A DNA stretch of 64,000 nucleotides from Podarcis muralis. Taxonomy: Eukaryota. Position numbers and translations under genes: made by a program. The notes below the pieces were generated by a model, which was not told the origin of the DNA, did no database searches, and saw only the letters and a list, made by a program, of their open reading frames with translations. Shown one piece after another: positions 38,379 to 49,914 of this stretch; within the stretch, counting starts at the first letter, position 1, and each line of letters starts with the position of its first letter. The DNA lies in contig NC_135656.1 of assembly GCF_964188315.1 (NCBI RefSeq), positions 8,556,001 through 8,620,000 of the forward strand. Reading direction: 5' to 3'.

Positions 38379-38525
38379 CAGTGGCGTAGCGTGGGTTGTC
38401 AGCACCCGGGGCAAGGCAAGTAATTTGTGCCCCCTAACCCGTGGATTTGCGCCCCCTAACCCTAACCCCCAGATGTTGCGCCCGGTGCGGCCGGCCCCCC
38501 CTGCACCCCCCACACTACGCCACTG
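38379..38525. mobile_element. hAT MITE (147 bp)
   Basis: TIR CAGTGGCGTAG / CTACGCCACTG; perfect 8-bp TSD CTGGGACC; empty site at about 35562-35572. Confidence 0.92.
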
Positions 38526-41007
38526 CTGGGACCTGTAGCTCCCGGGGTGTGCGTGTGCACCCGTTTGCTTTAAACACATTCCCACAACCCAAAAGAAGGT
38601 TCATCTTGAGGACTACACTCTTGTGCACGGAAATGAAATTGCAAAACCCTTTTCTCTCTCTCCTTTCCCAGAGCGGAATTGGGCGACGTCCGCTTGGGGA
38701 CCCAACCCTCTCCAGTGTCTGGGCCTTGATTCACAGCTAGGGATTTGCATCTGATTGCTATTTTGTCATCCTAGGATTTGTCTCTCCAGCCTTCGGCACA
38801 GAGCGACCCAGCAGGAGGTGGAGGAGGTGACAAGGAGCCCCAGCCAGTCGCTTGTAGGAAACTTGCAGATGGGAGCCCGAGCAAGGAGGCTGCTCTGAAA
38901 CCAAAGAAGGGAGGCGCAGCTTCCACACGCGCAGAACAAGGGCAAAAGGCGACAAACACGGAATAACCTCAACCTGGTGGATCAATCAGGACTGGTCTCT
39001 TGGAGAGGGAATTTTTTTGGGGGGGGGGGGAGCCCGCTTGGATCACCTGTTTGGGCCGAGGGCCTGCGTAATTTTTTTATTTCAGCCTGGAAGGGAAGAG
39101 AGGGGAAATGAAGCTGCTGTGTGGAAGTCAAATTTGTCTTAACCAGGAACAGATGCATGCATGAGTAAGTATTGGCCACAGAAAAAAGCAGGGTTAACGG
39201 GAACCTTTCAATATTTATTGATTTTTAAATGATACTTTCTTGCAGTGGGTTAGGATTTTTGCATGCAGTGTATTTACTTAAGATAAAATATTTGTTAACG
39301 TATTTGCTGAGACCTGCTAAAGGAATTTAAAGATATGTGTGTGGCTCTTGCATACATTTTGGCAAACAAACGAACAAGCTTAAGTGCAAGTGCACAATTA
39401 TCGCGAACTGAATCCTACACAGGAGTAGACCCACCAGTTAGGCTTAAGTGGGTCTGCTCTGGAGGAGGCTCTGAAAAACGGGACTAGAGCGTGCATTAAG
39501 ACCGGCCAAGTTCATGCGAACAGAGTCGATATTTTAATTAATATTGGTTTATATATTTTTTAAAAATTGAAAGTGTAGGTTTGCTTGGAAGGGACTTGAG
39601 TGTTGTTATGTACCAGGTTGTTATTTATTGCATATCTATACAACATGTGGGACCCAAGGGGGTGGGAAATATGTCTACGTCTGAACTGTAGTTAAATGCG
39701 GAGAAAATATTTGCAGTTCCTACAGAACCTAAGCAAATTTATCTCCAAAGGTGTTACAGAAATTACAGGGGGGGGGGGGATCTTTAAAGTTGTTAAATGG
39801 TACAATACAGCATGCACAGCATCATCAATACATCATTGCTACATCACTAACATGTCACAAAAGGGGGGGGGGGTTACTCAAGATTAGCATAGGCAGCTGT
39901 GTCAGGGCAACACCCAAGGAGCCCAGCAATGGTCACCTCTGGGCATTTCCTGGGGCAGGAAGTGTGTACCCATGTCCTCAAGCTTGGGGAGTTGGAAGGG
40001 GAAAGAGTCTTTTTCCCAAGGGCAAAATGGAGCTGGAATGGAAGAACTTGGCAAAGGGGTTGATTTTATGTGATTCATAAAGCTTGGTATCTTCCCTGAG
40101 CTGTCAGGTCGAAAGGATACGTTCAGGCCTAATATTTCTGACATATGGTGGGAACGTTTTCAAAGTCAATGTGGCCCCATGCTCTGGGTTCACTGGCTGC
40201 TGTTGAACCTGTTGCGCAACAATAAAGGCTCTGAGTCTACTGCTTGCGGGCACACGCGCTACCCCTGTCTGTGGTGCCCACCCCTTTTCTCCAAATGATG
40301 AGACAAGAGACCAGAATATGGGTTCTAATTGGCCACAACTTTATTGAACTTCAGAAGTGGGAAACTTGGCACAGGCCTTGGCAGATAAGCCTCTCAGCCC
40401 GCCTGATCCTGGAAGGAAGAACAGCAAAAGAGGCTTGAGCCATGGAGTCAGCCTCTTTGCTTTTGGCCTTAGGCCCACCCCTGGCCGGCCAGCCATTGTC
40501 CTCCCTGGCCAAGGGCGGGTTACAGGCTGGCTCAAGCAGGAGGGTGAGCCCCGCTCGGTGCCGCAGACCCTGACCACCTGTGGGGAACGGAGGGCGGATA
40601 CTGCTGTTTTGCTCCAAATTGCTTGCTTGCTCAAATTTCCTTCTTTTACTGACCACATGGACCTGCGGGGGGGGGGGGGCGGACCTGTACCCCGACAAGC
40701 TGGGCTGTTGAGTAGTCTCTCAACCCGGATTTTTCCTTAACAGTGTGGAACCTCTAATGGAGCAATCTCCCCACTCCCCCCCAAAATATTGTTCCTTAGA
40801 CTGTCCCTGTGGCCGGCTTTTTGGTTTTGTAAGAAAAGCACATTTCACATCAAATTTAGCTGCGGATTAAGCTGGGGGAAGGGAGGGGCCACTCTTTCTC
40901 TCCTAAACCTCTCCTGTTCACCACCACCCTTTTCTGGGCACAATTATTTTAGACAGCCCACCCCTGTTTCCTCCCTATGCAGAGTTAAGGCCCAATAAAC
41001 TGCTATT

Positions 41008-41373
41008 AAAGGTAAAGGTAAAGGGACCCCTGACCATTAGGTCCAGTCGCGGACAACTCTGGGGTTGCGGCGCTCATCTCACTTTATTGGCCGAGGGAGC
41101 CGGCGTACAGCTTCCAGGTCATGTGGCCAGCATGACTAAGCCGCTTCTGGCAAACCAGAGCAGCGCACGGAAACGCCGTTTACCTTCCCACCGGAGCGGT
41201 ACCTATTTATCTACTTGCACTGCACTACTTGCACAGTGTTTTTGAACTGCTAGGTTGGCAGGATTTGGGACCGAGCAACGGGAGCTCACCCCGTCGCGGG
41301 GATTTGAACCTCCGACCTTCTGATCAGCAAGTCTTAGGCTCTGTGGTTTAACCCACAGCGCCACCTGCGTCCC
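41008..41373 (-). mobile_element. Full-length Sauria SINE; duplicate of 25206-25551
   Basis: Same flanks. Confidence 0.9.
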
Positions 41374-44114
41374 TATGTTGCTATTACTATTATTATTATT
41401 ATTATTACTATTACTATTAGCTTTGGAATGGTCATGGGGGGTAATTTGCAGGAAATGTGTGGCTTACTGTGTTTCTTTTTTAAAAAAGATCTGTTTGCAA
41501 AAGGTATGTATAGAAAATCAATCAATCAATTAGTAATAGGTCCTCAAAGCACCAGGGGAGGTACTGCTGCTAGAAACTATTCCCCCTCCCCGCCCGTCCC
41601 ACTTCTAATGCAAACCCCCTTCCTCAATCAAGATGGGATTTCAGTTGAAGGTCTTGCTAAAATAGAGTTTGACAACTTGGGGGTTTCAGCAGGAAATTCA
41701 AGGGAGCCCCCTGCCTGAATGAGACTGGATTCCCCTGCTAAAACGAAGAAGGGGGACTGTTAAGGAGACAAACCCATTTCTGAATCAAGAAGGGGTTCGC
41801 TTGGAATCCCGCCCAACTGAGCAGAATTTAAGCCCTGCTCATCGGCTGACGTTGAAAACCAGACATCGCCCAGCCCTGGGCAGGATGGCACACCGAGCCT
41901 CCTCACATCTGTTCAAAGGAGGCTGCATAGCGGGGGGGGGGGCATGCTTGTATCATTTCGTGGTCTTCTTTATTTCTATGCTCTTTTAGATGTGGCTTCA
42001 TAGCTGAGAGGGGGATTTGAACCCCGGTGCCTCCCAGGTGCTAGTTTGGCAGTCTTACCACTAGGCCGCACTGCCTCTCCACCTTCCTGCTTGAAGCAGC
42101 CCTTAATTGGGAATCTATATTGCTGCTTAAGCCAGCTTTCTTTTTAGGACTGTGAACTTGGCTTTGCAACCCTGGTAGCCGCACCCTACATTTAAGGCGC
42201 CCCCACCAAGAATCCTGGGAACTGTAGTTTGTTAAAGGTGCTGGGAACTGCAGCTTTCTCAGGGTTCTGGAAACCATATTGAGCTCTTTGGAATTTTCAG
42301 AGATTTGTGGGGGGCTGTTAATTGTTGCTGCGGAAATGAATTCTTCTTGTGGTTTTCCGTGTACGAGATCCATCCCAGTATATAAGCACTACGGTTTGGG
42401 AGGAGGCCAGTTGTTTAGAAAGCACAAGGTCAACAGAAAAAGACACCCAGACTTCTGTGGACTGTGGCAGATGAGGACAGAGGGAGACTGCGATTTGGGG
42501 AGAATGTATCTTATTCTAAGTAAAGCTTAATATCACAGAAACAGAAAATATGTTTGACTTTCTAGGAAATGGCACTGCGGTTCAGATTGCGAGTTACCCA
42601 ACCTCACAATTGCTTAAGATCATGCAAACAGACCGATAGCCCATTCTAGTCCAATGCACTGATGTCCACAAAAACCGGACGGATGGTTCAAGGAAGCTTC
42701 CAGGCAGGGCATGAAGGCACTTAGCTCTTTCCCGCTCCCAGAACTGATATTCCAGGACAAACCTTTGTTTTGATCCTGCAAATGCATCTCTTGCTCATCT
42801 TTTGGGTTAACTGTGCAAATCGTTCCTGGCATCCTGAAAACTCAAAGAGTTACAAAGGCACTTCTCCAATTGTGCACTCTGTGGAGAATTCTGCTGCAGA
42901 AACCACCTTCATGCCTACAGCTGCCTAGAGTGACGTGCAGAGAAGATGTCAGGATCTTCCAAATTACTGCTTCAAAGGAGCATCTGAGGCCACTGTAACT
43001 GTTTTTGTTCTTCGGGAAATTTTCTAATCACAAAGCCAGGATTCCCAAGAACTAAAAAGGTGGAGATCTTGCAGGGGAGGGAGAACTTGGTGCTGCTCCC
43101 TTAGGTTCCAATATTCCCAGAAACTGCAGAGAAGGAGGAGCCAGGAGATTTGGAATATTACCCAAAGAAAAATAAGCAGATGAAGGGCCTGTGGCAGAGG
43201 GGGGGACGGGGACCTGGCACCCTACTCTGCTGCCTATTTGCACAATTCATGTAGCAGTATAGAGCATGCGCAGCAGAACTTCACTGCCTTTTGGAATACT
43301 GCTTTTGCTGCTTCCCGTTTAATACCACCAGCCTAATCCCACACAAGTTTTGAATCATGCCCCACAGCCGGGCGATGTTCCTCCCGCCTCAAGGGGAGCC
43401 TCTTTTGCAGGGCTAGTGAGTCTGGGCCTAGGCCAGGTGAAAAGGGTTGTGCAGGGTGCGGCCTTCACGCCCAACAGCCAGGCAATTTTATGTCATACCA
43501 CACCATATGGCAGCCATTTTGTGTTTTGCTTTGTTCTCACTGGTAGCCAATTGGTGGACTGGCCCATGTAGCACTTTCCCAAAATTGGTCTGCCTCCATA
43601 TAAGACAGCTTCCTCTGTTCTTATCATATGAAATACGCCACTTTGTATATTAATAAGAGCACAGGATGTTCTGCATTTATATCCTAAAAGGGTGGGGGGC
43701 GAATCTCATGAGCGATATGTCCAAATGTGTTTTTACACTTGGGGGGCTGCTGCGTCGCTTGTTCCTGAACCTTTTCTTCCTCCCAAATGCCCTGAAGATC
43801 CATTGCACACCTTGACTTGCATGAAACCTCCTCTCTCTTATTTTCTCAGGGAACCAGACTGGGAGAAGGAGGAATGAAGGAAAACAGAAATCCGGCCTGA
43901 GAACGGAGGTCCCTGTCAAGAGAATGGCCAAGATCTCCTCAGGTGAGGATGAAAGGGGAGGCAGGGAAAAGCAAAGAGCCCCTGAAAACATCCCCCCACT
44001 CGGGAAGAAGCTTTTAATTCCTCTGAATTTGATATCTCCTTTAGATTTTTAAAGGCTGGCTCCCAGAATTATTTCAGGTGAAATAGATGGATTTAGGCCC
44101 CTTGCTTGTGAATG

Positions 44115-44730
44115 GGCATATTACAATATTGTTCTATATTATCCCAAAGGGGGGAGGTTTCTACACCAGCCAGCGGGACAGGATTTTTTCTGTTGCTTAA
44201 ATGTTACAGTAAAATGGGCCTCTCTTTGGAATGTCTGGCTTAGAGGGGTAAAAGATAAGAGCAAGGTTGAATGGGTGTTATTGTGGCCCCAGACGGGGGG
44301 AGACTGAAGACAAGGAGGCAAGTTGAAAGGGAGGAGGATAACGCAGGAGACAAAGCCCCATCTTAATGCTATTAGTACAAATCACATGTTTTACATTTGA
44401 ACACGTGTCGAGGTTCATGGCGTGGAGAGGCTGGTGCAGGAAGAAAAGGGGGGGGGGCAAGCCCATGTAAGGACATTGGAAGTTGCCATAACTTTCGGTT
44501 TACAAGAAATCAGGTGGCTTACAAGAGATCAGGTGGTATTCTATTCTGCAAATCTATATCAAGGGGGCGCACCCAGACTGGGTGTGCAGGTTGCGTACTT
44601 ATCGCCCTGTACCTTTGTTCTGCATATATGCACTTCAAATAAAATCCTGTTAATAACCTGCAAGGACGTTTTGCCGCTTTGTGTGAATCTGTGCTTCAGG
44701 GACCCAATAGCAGATGTGGTTGGTCCTTCA
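44115..44730 (+). mobile_element. LTR-like segment upstream of copy C; mirrored at about 60392-61007 upstream of D
   Basis: Replaces about 90 bp present in A and B; AATAAA at 44638-44643, ends in CA; no TSD found. Confidence 0.4.
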
Positions 44731-45543
44731 AAAGGAACAGAAAGAAAGCAACACAAATATTTTGATGGAAGTGTCTTAGGAAAGCGATTTTAAATCATGG
44801 ACACCTAGGTTCTGAAAATGGTATAGCCTATATTGGTGTGAGGGATGGGGTCCCATGGCACAAATTCCATGTGGTCCCAGTGCAAAGGAAAAGAGCTAAG
44901 ATCTTCTCCCTTACTATAACGTCCAAACAAGATGGGATGGGGAAGAAGAAGGATAGGTTTGTAAGGAGTCTTCAATAATTTTGCCAAGGAAATTCTTATG
45001 GTTCAGGGCCTCACTCTATTAGCCTTTCTTGTACATGGAGATCCTTTATGAAATGCATTCAGACCCATCAAACAAATCTGTACTGAGATACACATACTGT
45101 ATCACCATTTTTACTGCTGGAACTGCTCTGAATCTGACTTCAGGAAGAACGCGTTTTACCTGCACAGTGTCCTGGAATAGACACTCTGCATTGGGAAAGA
45201 AGGGAACTGAGTTCCCTCCCATTTTCCACTTTCCTGATGTTCCAAATGACCAGTACCTTGGAGTTATGATTTGTGGTGTTGTCAGGATTCTAACTGGCCT
45301 GTAACTGACCTAAGAATTCTGCAGAGCAGTTGCTGCTGTGGCTGGCCGGCTGCTCAGGCGAACATCAGCTCAGTGGCCAACAGCTCAGTCTTCTTGAGGC
45401 TCAGGAACACCTAGCAAATACCTGCTCTGTTCCTGGCACGCTAGACTCTAGCTGAGGAAGGCATTTCACGTAAGTTTATGGATTAAACATTCCTCACTAT
45501 GCCATCAGGTGTGCTTATGTTCAGTGGAAAAAGATAGGTGCAG

Positions 45544-45867
45544 TAAAGGTAAAGGGACCCCGACCATTAGGTCCAGTCGTGACCGACTCTGGGGTTGTGG
45601 CGCTCATCTCGCTTTATTGGCCGAGGGAGCCGGCATACAGCTTCTGGGTCATTATTAAGCTGCTTCTGGCAAACCAGAGCAGTGCACAGAAACGCCGCTT
45701 ACCTTCCCGCCGAAGCGGTACCTATTTATCTACTTGCACTTTGACGTGCTTTCGAACTGCTAGGTTGGCAGGAGCAGGGACCGAGCAACGGGAGCTCACC
45801 CCATCGCGGGGATTCGAACCGCCAACCTTCTGATCGGCAAGTCCTAGGCTCTGTGGTTTAACCCACA
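45544..45867 (-). mobile_element. Sauria SINE in the putative 5'UTR intron of C; mirrored at 59264-59588 in D
   Basis: Near full length; absent from A and B. Confidence 0.88.
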
Positions 45868-46172
45868 AAACAGCAAAATCATGAGCAGCTTTCCATCCAC
45901 AACAGCTTGCTGAGGTTCTGGCCATTTTCACAGGAACAATGCAACAGTAGATTAAATCAGTAGCAGTGTGCTGGAAGAAAGTATGAGTGTCGGCTTCTCT
46001 GGATCAGATGTCTCTACCTAACCAGGGGGTGGGAGAGAGCAGGAACTCTTTTCTTTTGCTGCTTCTTTCTGTGCATGGAAGGAAGAATGCAGGAGGGAGG
46101 ATGTCCTTCAATGACTAGACATGCTTGTTATTCCCTCTCTCACTGCATCTTGTCTTCTCTTTTGTTTCCAGG

Positions 46173-47171
46173 ATGTCTGCCAATGTCTCCCCTGGTCCCC
46201 TCCTCTCCAAACCCCCCATGTGGGTGAAAGAAGGCTCCCTGGTGGTCCAATGGCTGAGCTTAGTTTCCGGCCTCCAGATATCTGCATTCCTGGTGGATAT
46301 TTTGGCCTTGTCAATGTGCATTTTGTCAACACTCAGTGTCAACTGGCGAGTGTGGAGTGTGGAAAACATCGAGGGAATCGGCTCTGGAAACATCTGGATT
46401 GGAATCTGGGATGTCTGCTTTTGGAAAGACCCTGCTAACGACGGCAACTCTTTTTGGCATTGCGAAGACCTCAATGAGCAGCATCCAACCCTCCCGAAGG
46501 AAATTTTTATTGCACAGGATTTAATGGCATTAGCTTCAATTATGAATTCAGTGGCCCTGGGATTAATTTCATTTGCCTTGTACAACGTGTTCAAGCCCAG
46601 AAAACATAAGGATTTTCTCTTTCGCTTTTTTAGGCTTGGAGCTTTCCTGAACTTAGTTGCAGGGATACTCGTCCTGATTTCTGTAGTATGGAACACGTCT
46701 GCTGTCTTGCAAAATGGGGAAATTGACTTCCCTGAAACTTTTGAATTGCCTCAAATTCCCAGCGAGCAGCATATTGGACCTTCCATTTATCTAGGCTATA
46801 TCGCTGCAGGTTTCCAGCTGCTGAGTGCAGCATTGGTTGGGATTGAGAGATGTTGCATCAGGACCACCACAACAGATACATCTCTAATAGAAACTGTAGT
46901 GGTGATTACCCCAGGAAGCGCGGTGAAAAGCGAGAGTCTAACTACTTGTTCGAAGTGTGGTTCTCTGCTGGATCTGGTAATTCAAGAGAAATCCTCCACA
47001 GTGGAGATGGAGGAAAGCTGTGCAAAAGATCTTGTAATTCCAGAGGAATCCTGCGCAGTAGAGATGGAGGAAAGCCGTACGCCCCAAAGCTCACCTGAAG
47101 GACATCAAAGTCCACCTGAAGTCCCAAAACATACTATTATACATGTTATACCCTACAACAGGGAGTCGTAA
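46173..47171 (+). CDS. CLDN34: Claudin-34-like gene, copy C (332 aa)
   Basis: Intact ORF with claudin signature; ATG after tttccag|G. Confidence 0.88.
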   Translation: MSANVSPGPLLSKPPMWVKEGSLVVQWLSLVSGLQISAFLVDILALSMCILSTLSVNWRVWSVENIEGIGSGNIWIGIWDVCFWKDPANDGNSFWHCEDLNEQHPTLPKEIFIAQDLMALASIMNSVALGLISFALYNVFKPRKHKDFLFRFFRLGAFLNLVAGILVLISVVWNTSAVLQNGEIDFPETFELPQIPSEQHIGPSIYLGYIAAGFQLLSAALVGIERCCIRTTTTDTSLIETVVVITPGSAVKSESLTTCSKCGSLLDLVIQEKSSTVEMEESCAKDLVIPEESCAVEMEESRTPQSSPEGHQSPPEVPKHTIIHVIPYNRES

Positions 47172-47904
47172 ACTATCAGATCCAGATCAACGCAGATCGC
47201 TCCATACACGCATGGATCTGCGTGGATCATGGTTTTGATAGTTTTGTTTTGGGACTTCAGGTGGGCTTTGATGTCCTTCAGGTGAGGAGGCCCTTTTTTA
47301 TGACTAGTAGTTATTTATTTATTTGTTAAAGATTTTGTTGATTTACAAAAAGGGGGAAGAGGTGGGGGGGGGAGATGGGGGGGTCGGGTGGCGATTTTTC
47401 TATTTTACTTACTATACGTAGGGTTTGGTGTCAGCATTGTTTGTGCAGGTTCTTTGCTGTCTGCTTGTAATTAATAAACCAATTAATAAACCAATATTAA
47501 TTAAAATATTGACTCTGTTCGCACGCTCTCGTCCCATTTTTCAGAGCCTCCTCCAGAGCAGACCCACTAATGCCTAACCGGTAGGTCTACTCCTGTGTAG
47601 GATTCAGTTCTTGATAATTGTGCACTTGGGTCTGGGTTAAAGGCGGATCTACACGGATCCTCATGGATCCTCCACTTTTTAAAAAATAACTCCAACAAAT
47701 GCAGTGTCAAATCACACCTGGAAGGCACGCCTACAGACTGGACTATCAAAAACGTGGATGCAGCACCACAAAAACATGGACTCGAGGCATGGATCCTCAT
47801 GAATTCATATGATTTTTATAGTGAAACAAAATAAAACACCATGATACTGTAGACCGCTTTTTAGTCTGTAAGCAGAACCAAAAAAATCACGCATCCACTG
47901 TTTC

Positions 47905-48700
47905 GTGCTGCCGAAATGGAGCAAAAACATGGTTAAAAAAACACGGATCCTGATGGATCCTCATGATTTTTGCATTAGATCAGGCCAAAGTCACCATCAG
48001 ATCAAATATCATGGCCATGGGCACAGTATCCACCACAAAAATCACGAATCCACGGCTTCGTGGCGACACCGTAGCCCAAAAACGTGGTTTTGAAGCACGG
48101 ATCCTCCTGGATCCTCACGCTTTTTGCATTGGGCCACCCCAAACTCACCGTCAAATCACACATCATGTCCAGCGGCACAGCCTGCATCACAAAAAACTCA
48201 GATCCACAGCTTCCTGGTCATACCATGGCCCAAAAACGTGGTTTTGAAGCACGGATCCTCATGGATCCTCACGCTTTTTCCATTGGGCCACCCCAAGGTA
48301 AAGGTAAAGGGACCCCTGACCATTAGGTCCAGTCGTGACCGACTCTGGGGTTGTGGCACTCATCTCGCTTTATTGGCTGAGGGAGCCGGCCTACAGCTTC
48401 CGGGTCATGTGGCCAGCATGACTAAGCCGCTTCTGGCACCGTAGTCCAAAAACGTGGTTTTGAAGCACGGATCCTCCTGGATCCTCACGCTTTTTGCATT
48501 GGGCCACCCCAAACTCACCGTCAAATCACACGTCATAGCCAGGGGCACAGCCTGCACCACAAAAAAACTCGGACCCACGGATTCCTGGCCACTGCATGGC
48601 TCAAAAACGTGGTTTTGAAGCACGGATCCTCATGGATCCTCACTCTTTTCACATTGGGGTTCCCTAAACTCACCGTCAAATCACACACCATAGCCATCAG
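47905..48700. repeat. ~154-bp GGATCC-rich tandem repeat array, left arm, with a SINE 3' fragment at 48297-48438
   Basis: Monomer period 153-154 bp (e.g. aacgtgg at 48081 and 48235). Confidence 0.88.
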
Positions 48701-49560
48701 TGAAAAGACTGAATTTGAGTCCATCATAACAGAGTTCTACCTTTTGGGTAAAATTTATAAACTATTACTCAAATATGACACCGAGCCCGAACAAGCAAAA
48801 CCTTATATGACAAAATGGATGCAAAAAATTTAAGAGCAGTTTACAGTGGAACAATGAGAACAATTATGAATAAAGGAATAAAATTTACTGCAAGTTAAGC
48901 CCTAAAACAAAATTGGTACAGTGGAACCTCGGGTTGCAGACATAACCCATGACTGAGGCACGTCCGCAACCTACAGCGTTCGCATCCTGAAGCGCCACGT
49001 CTGCACAGGGCAATTTGGCGCTTCTGCGCATGTGCAAGTGGCGGAACCCGGATGTAACCCGTTCCGGTACTTCCAGGTTTCCCGCCGTCCGCAACCCAAA
49101 AGCATGTAACCTGAAGCGGTTGTAACATGAGGTATGAGTGTACAAAAATGTTCTTTCGGTGGTATATAACTTAGAAAAATATACAGAAGATGAATAATGC
49201 AATGAATGGACATTGCTGGAAATGTGATAGACCTTAAGGAATCTTCTTCCATTTATGGTGCACTTGTGAAAAGACCAAAAAGTTTTGGAGGAAAGTTCAT
49301 TTCAAAATGAAAAAATGTAAAAAAACCACACCTAAATTTGCATTGGACCCCAACACTATGCTGTTGGGGATGACTCCTTCAGCTACTGTATTATGAAATC
49401 GTCTATGGAACTATTTAGTTATATGACCATAGCAGTTAAAAATGGTGTTGGCTAACATATGGAAATCTGACATATGTCCTGAAATAGATGCATGAAAAGA
49501 GAAACTATCAGAATATGCAGTAATGGCAAAACTCGCCAATTTAGTAAATAATTGACTCAT
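48700..49560 (+). mobile_element. L1-like LINE ORF2 3' relic; related fragment inverted at about 54420-54710
   Basis: Degenerate ..NWYKMFFRWYIT..HCWKCDRP.GIFFHLWCTCEKTKKFW, a CCHC domain. Confidence 0.75.
48919..49140. mobile_element. Tigger-like MITE nested in the L1 relic
   Basis: CAGTGGAACCTC... with a degenerate right TIR; TA flanks; removing it restores the NWYKM frame. Confidence 0.75.
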
Positions 49561-49914
49561 CTTTATAATTTGTATACAACTTAACAGAACTGTAAGAAAA
49601 TGAACATCTGTATGGATTTGTATAGTAGACCTTAGTTACAAAAATATTTCCTGTTTAAAAATAGAAGCTTTGTGTGTATATGATAAAGAAAGAAATATAT
49701 AGTAGAAGAAATCTTGTCTGTCTGATCTAGAATTGAAATCATATTTTAAAATAATTCTTGCTTTAGATTTTTATAATCATATATGGTATTTCTCCAATAG
49801 CAAACTTCCTAGAATTGGAAATAATATTTAGTACACTAACCTTTGTTTAACTCTTGATAAATGTCAGCTTGCTGAGTTATTTTGTACCATTGTGATTCAA
49901 TGTTATATTTGCGC

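Noticed and set aside
38778-38966. Possible exon (acceptor-like tctccag followed by 62 open codons)
   Set aside because: No homology recognised and no clear donor; insufficient support.
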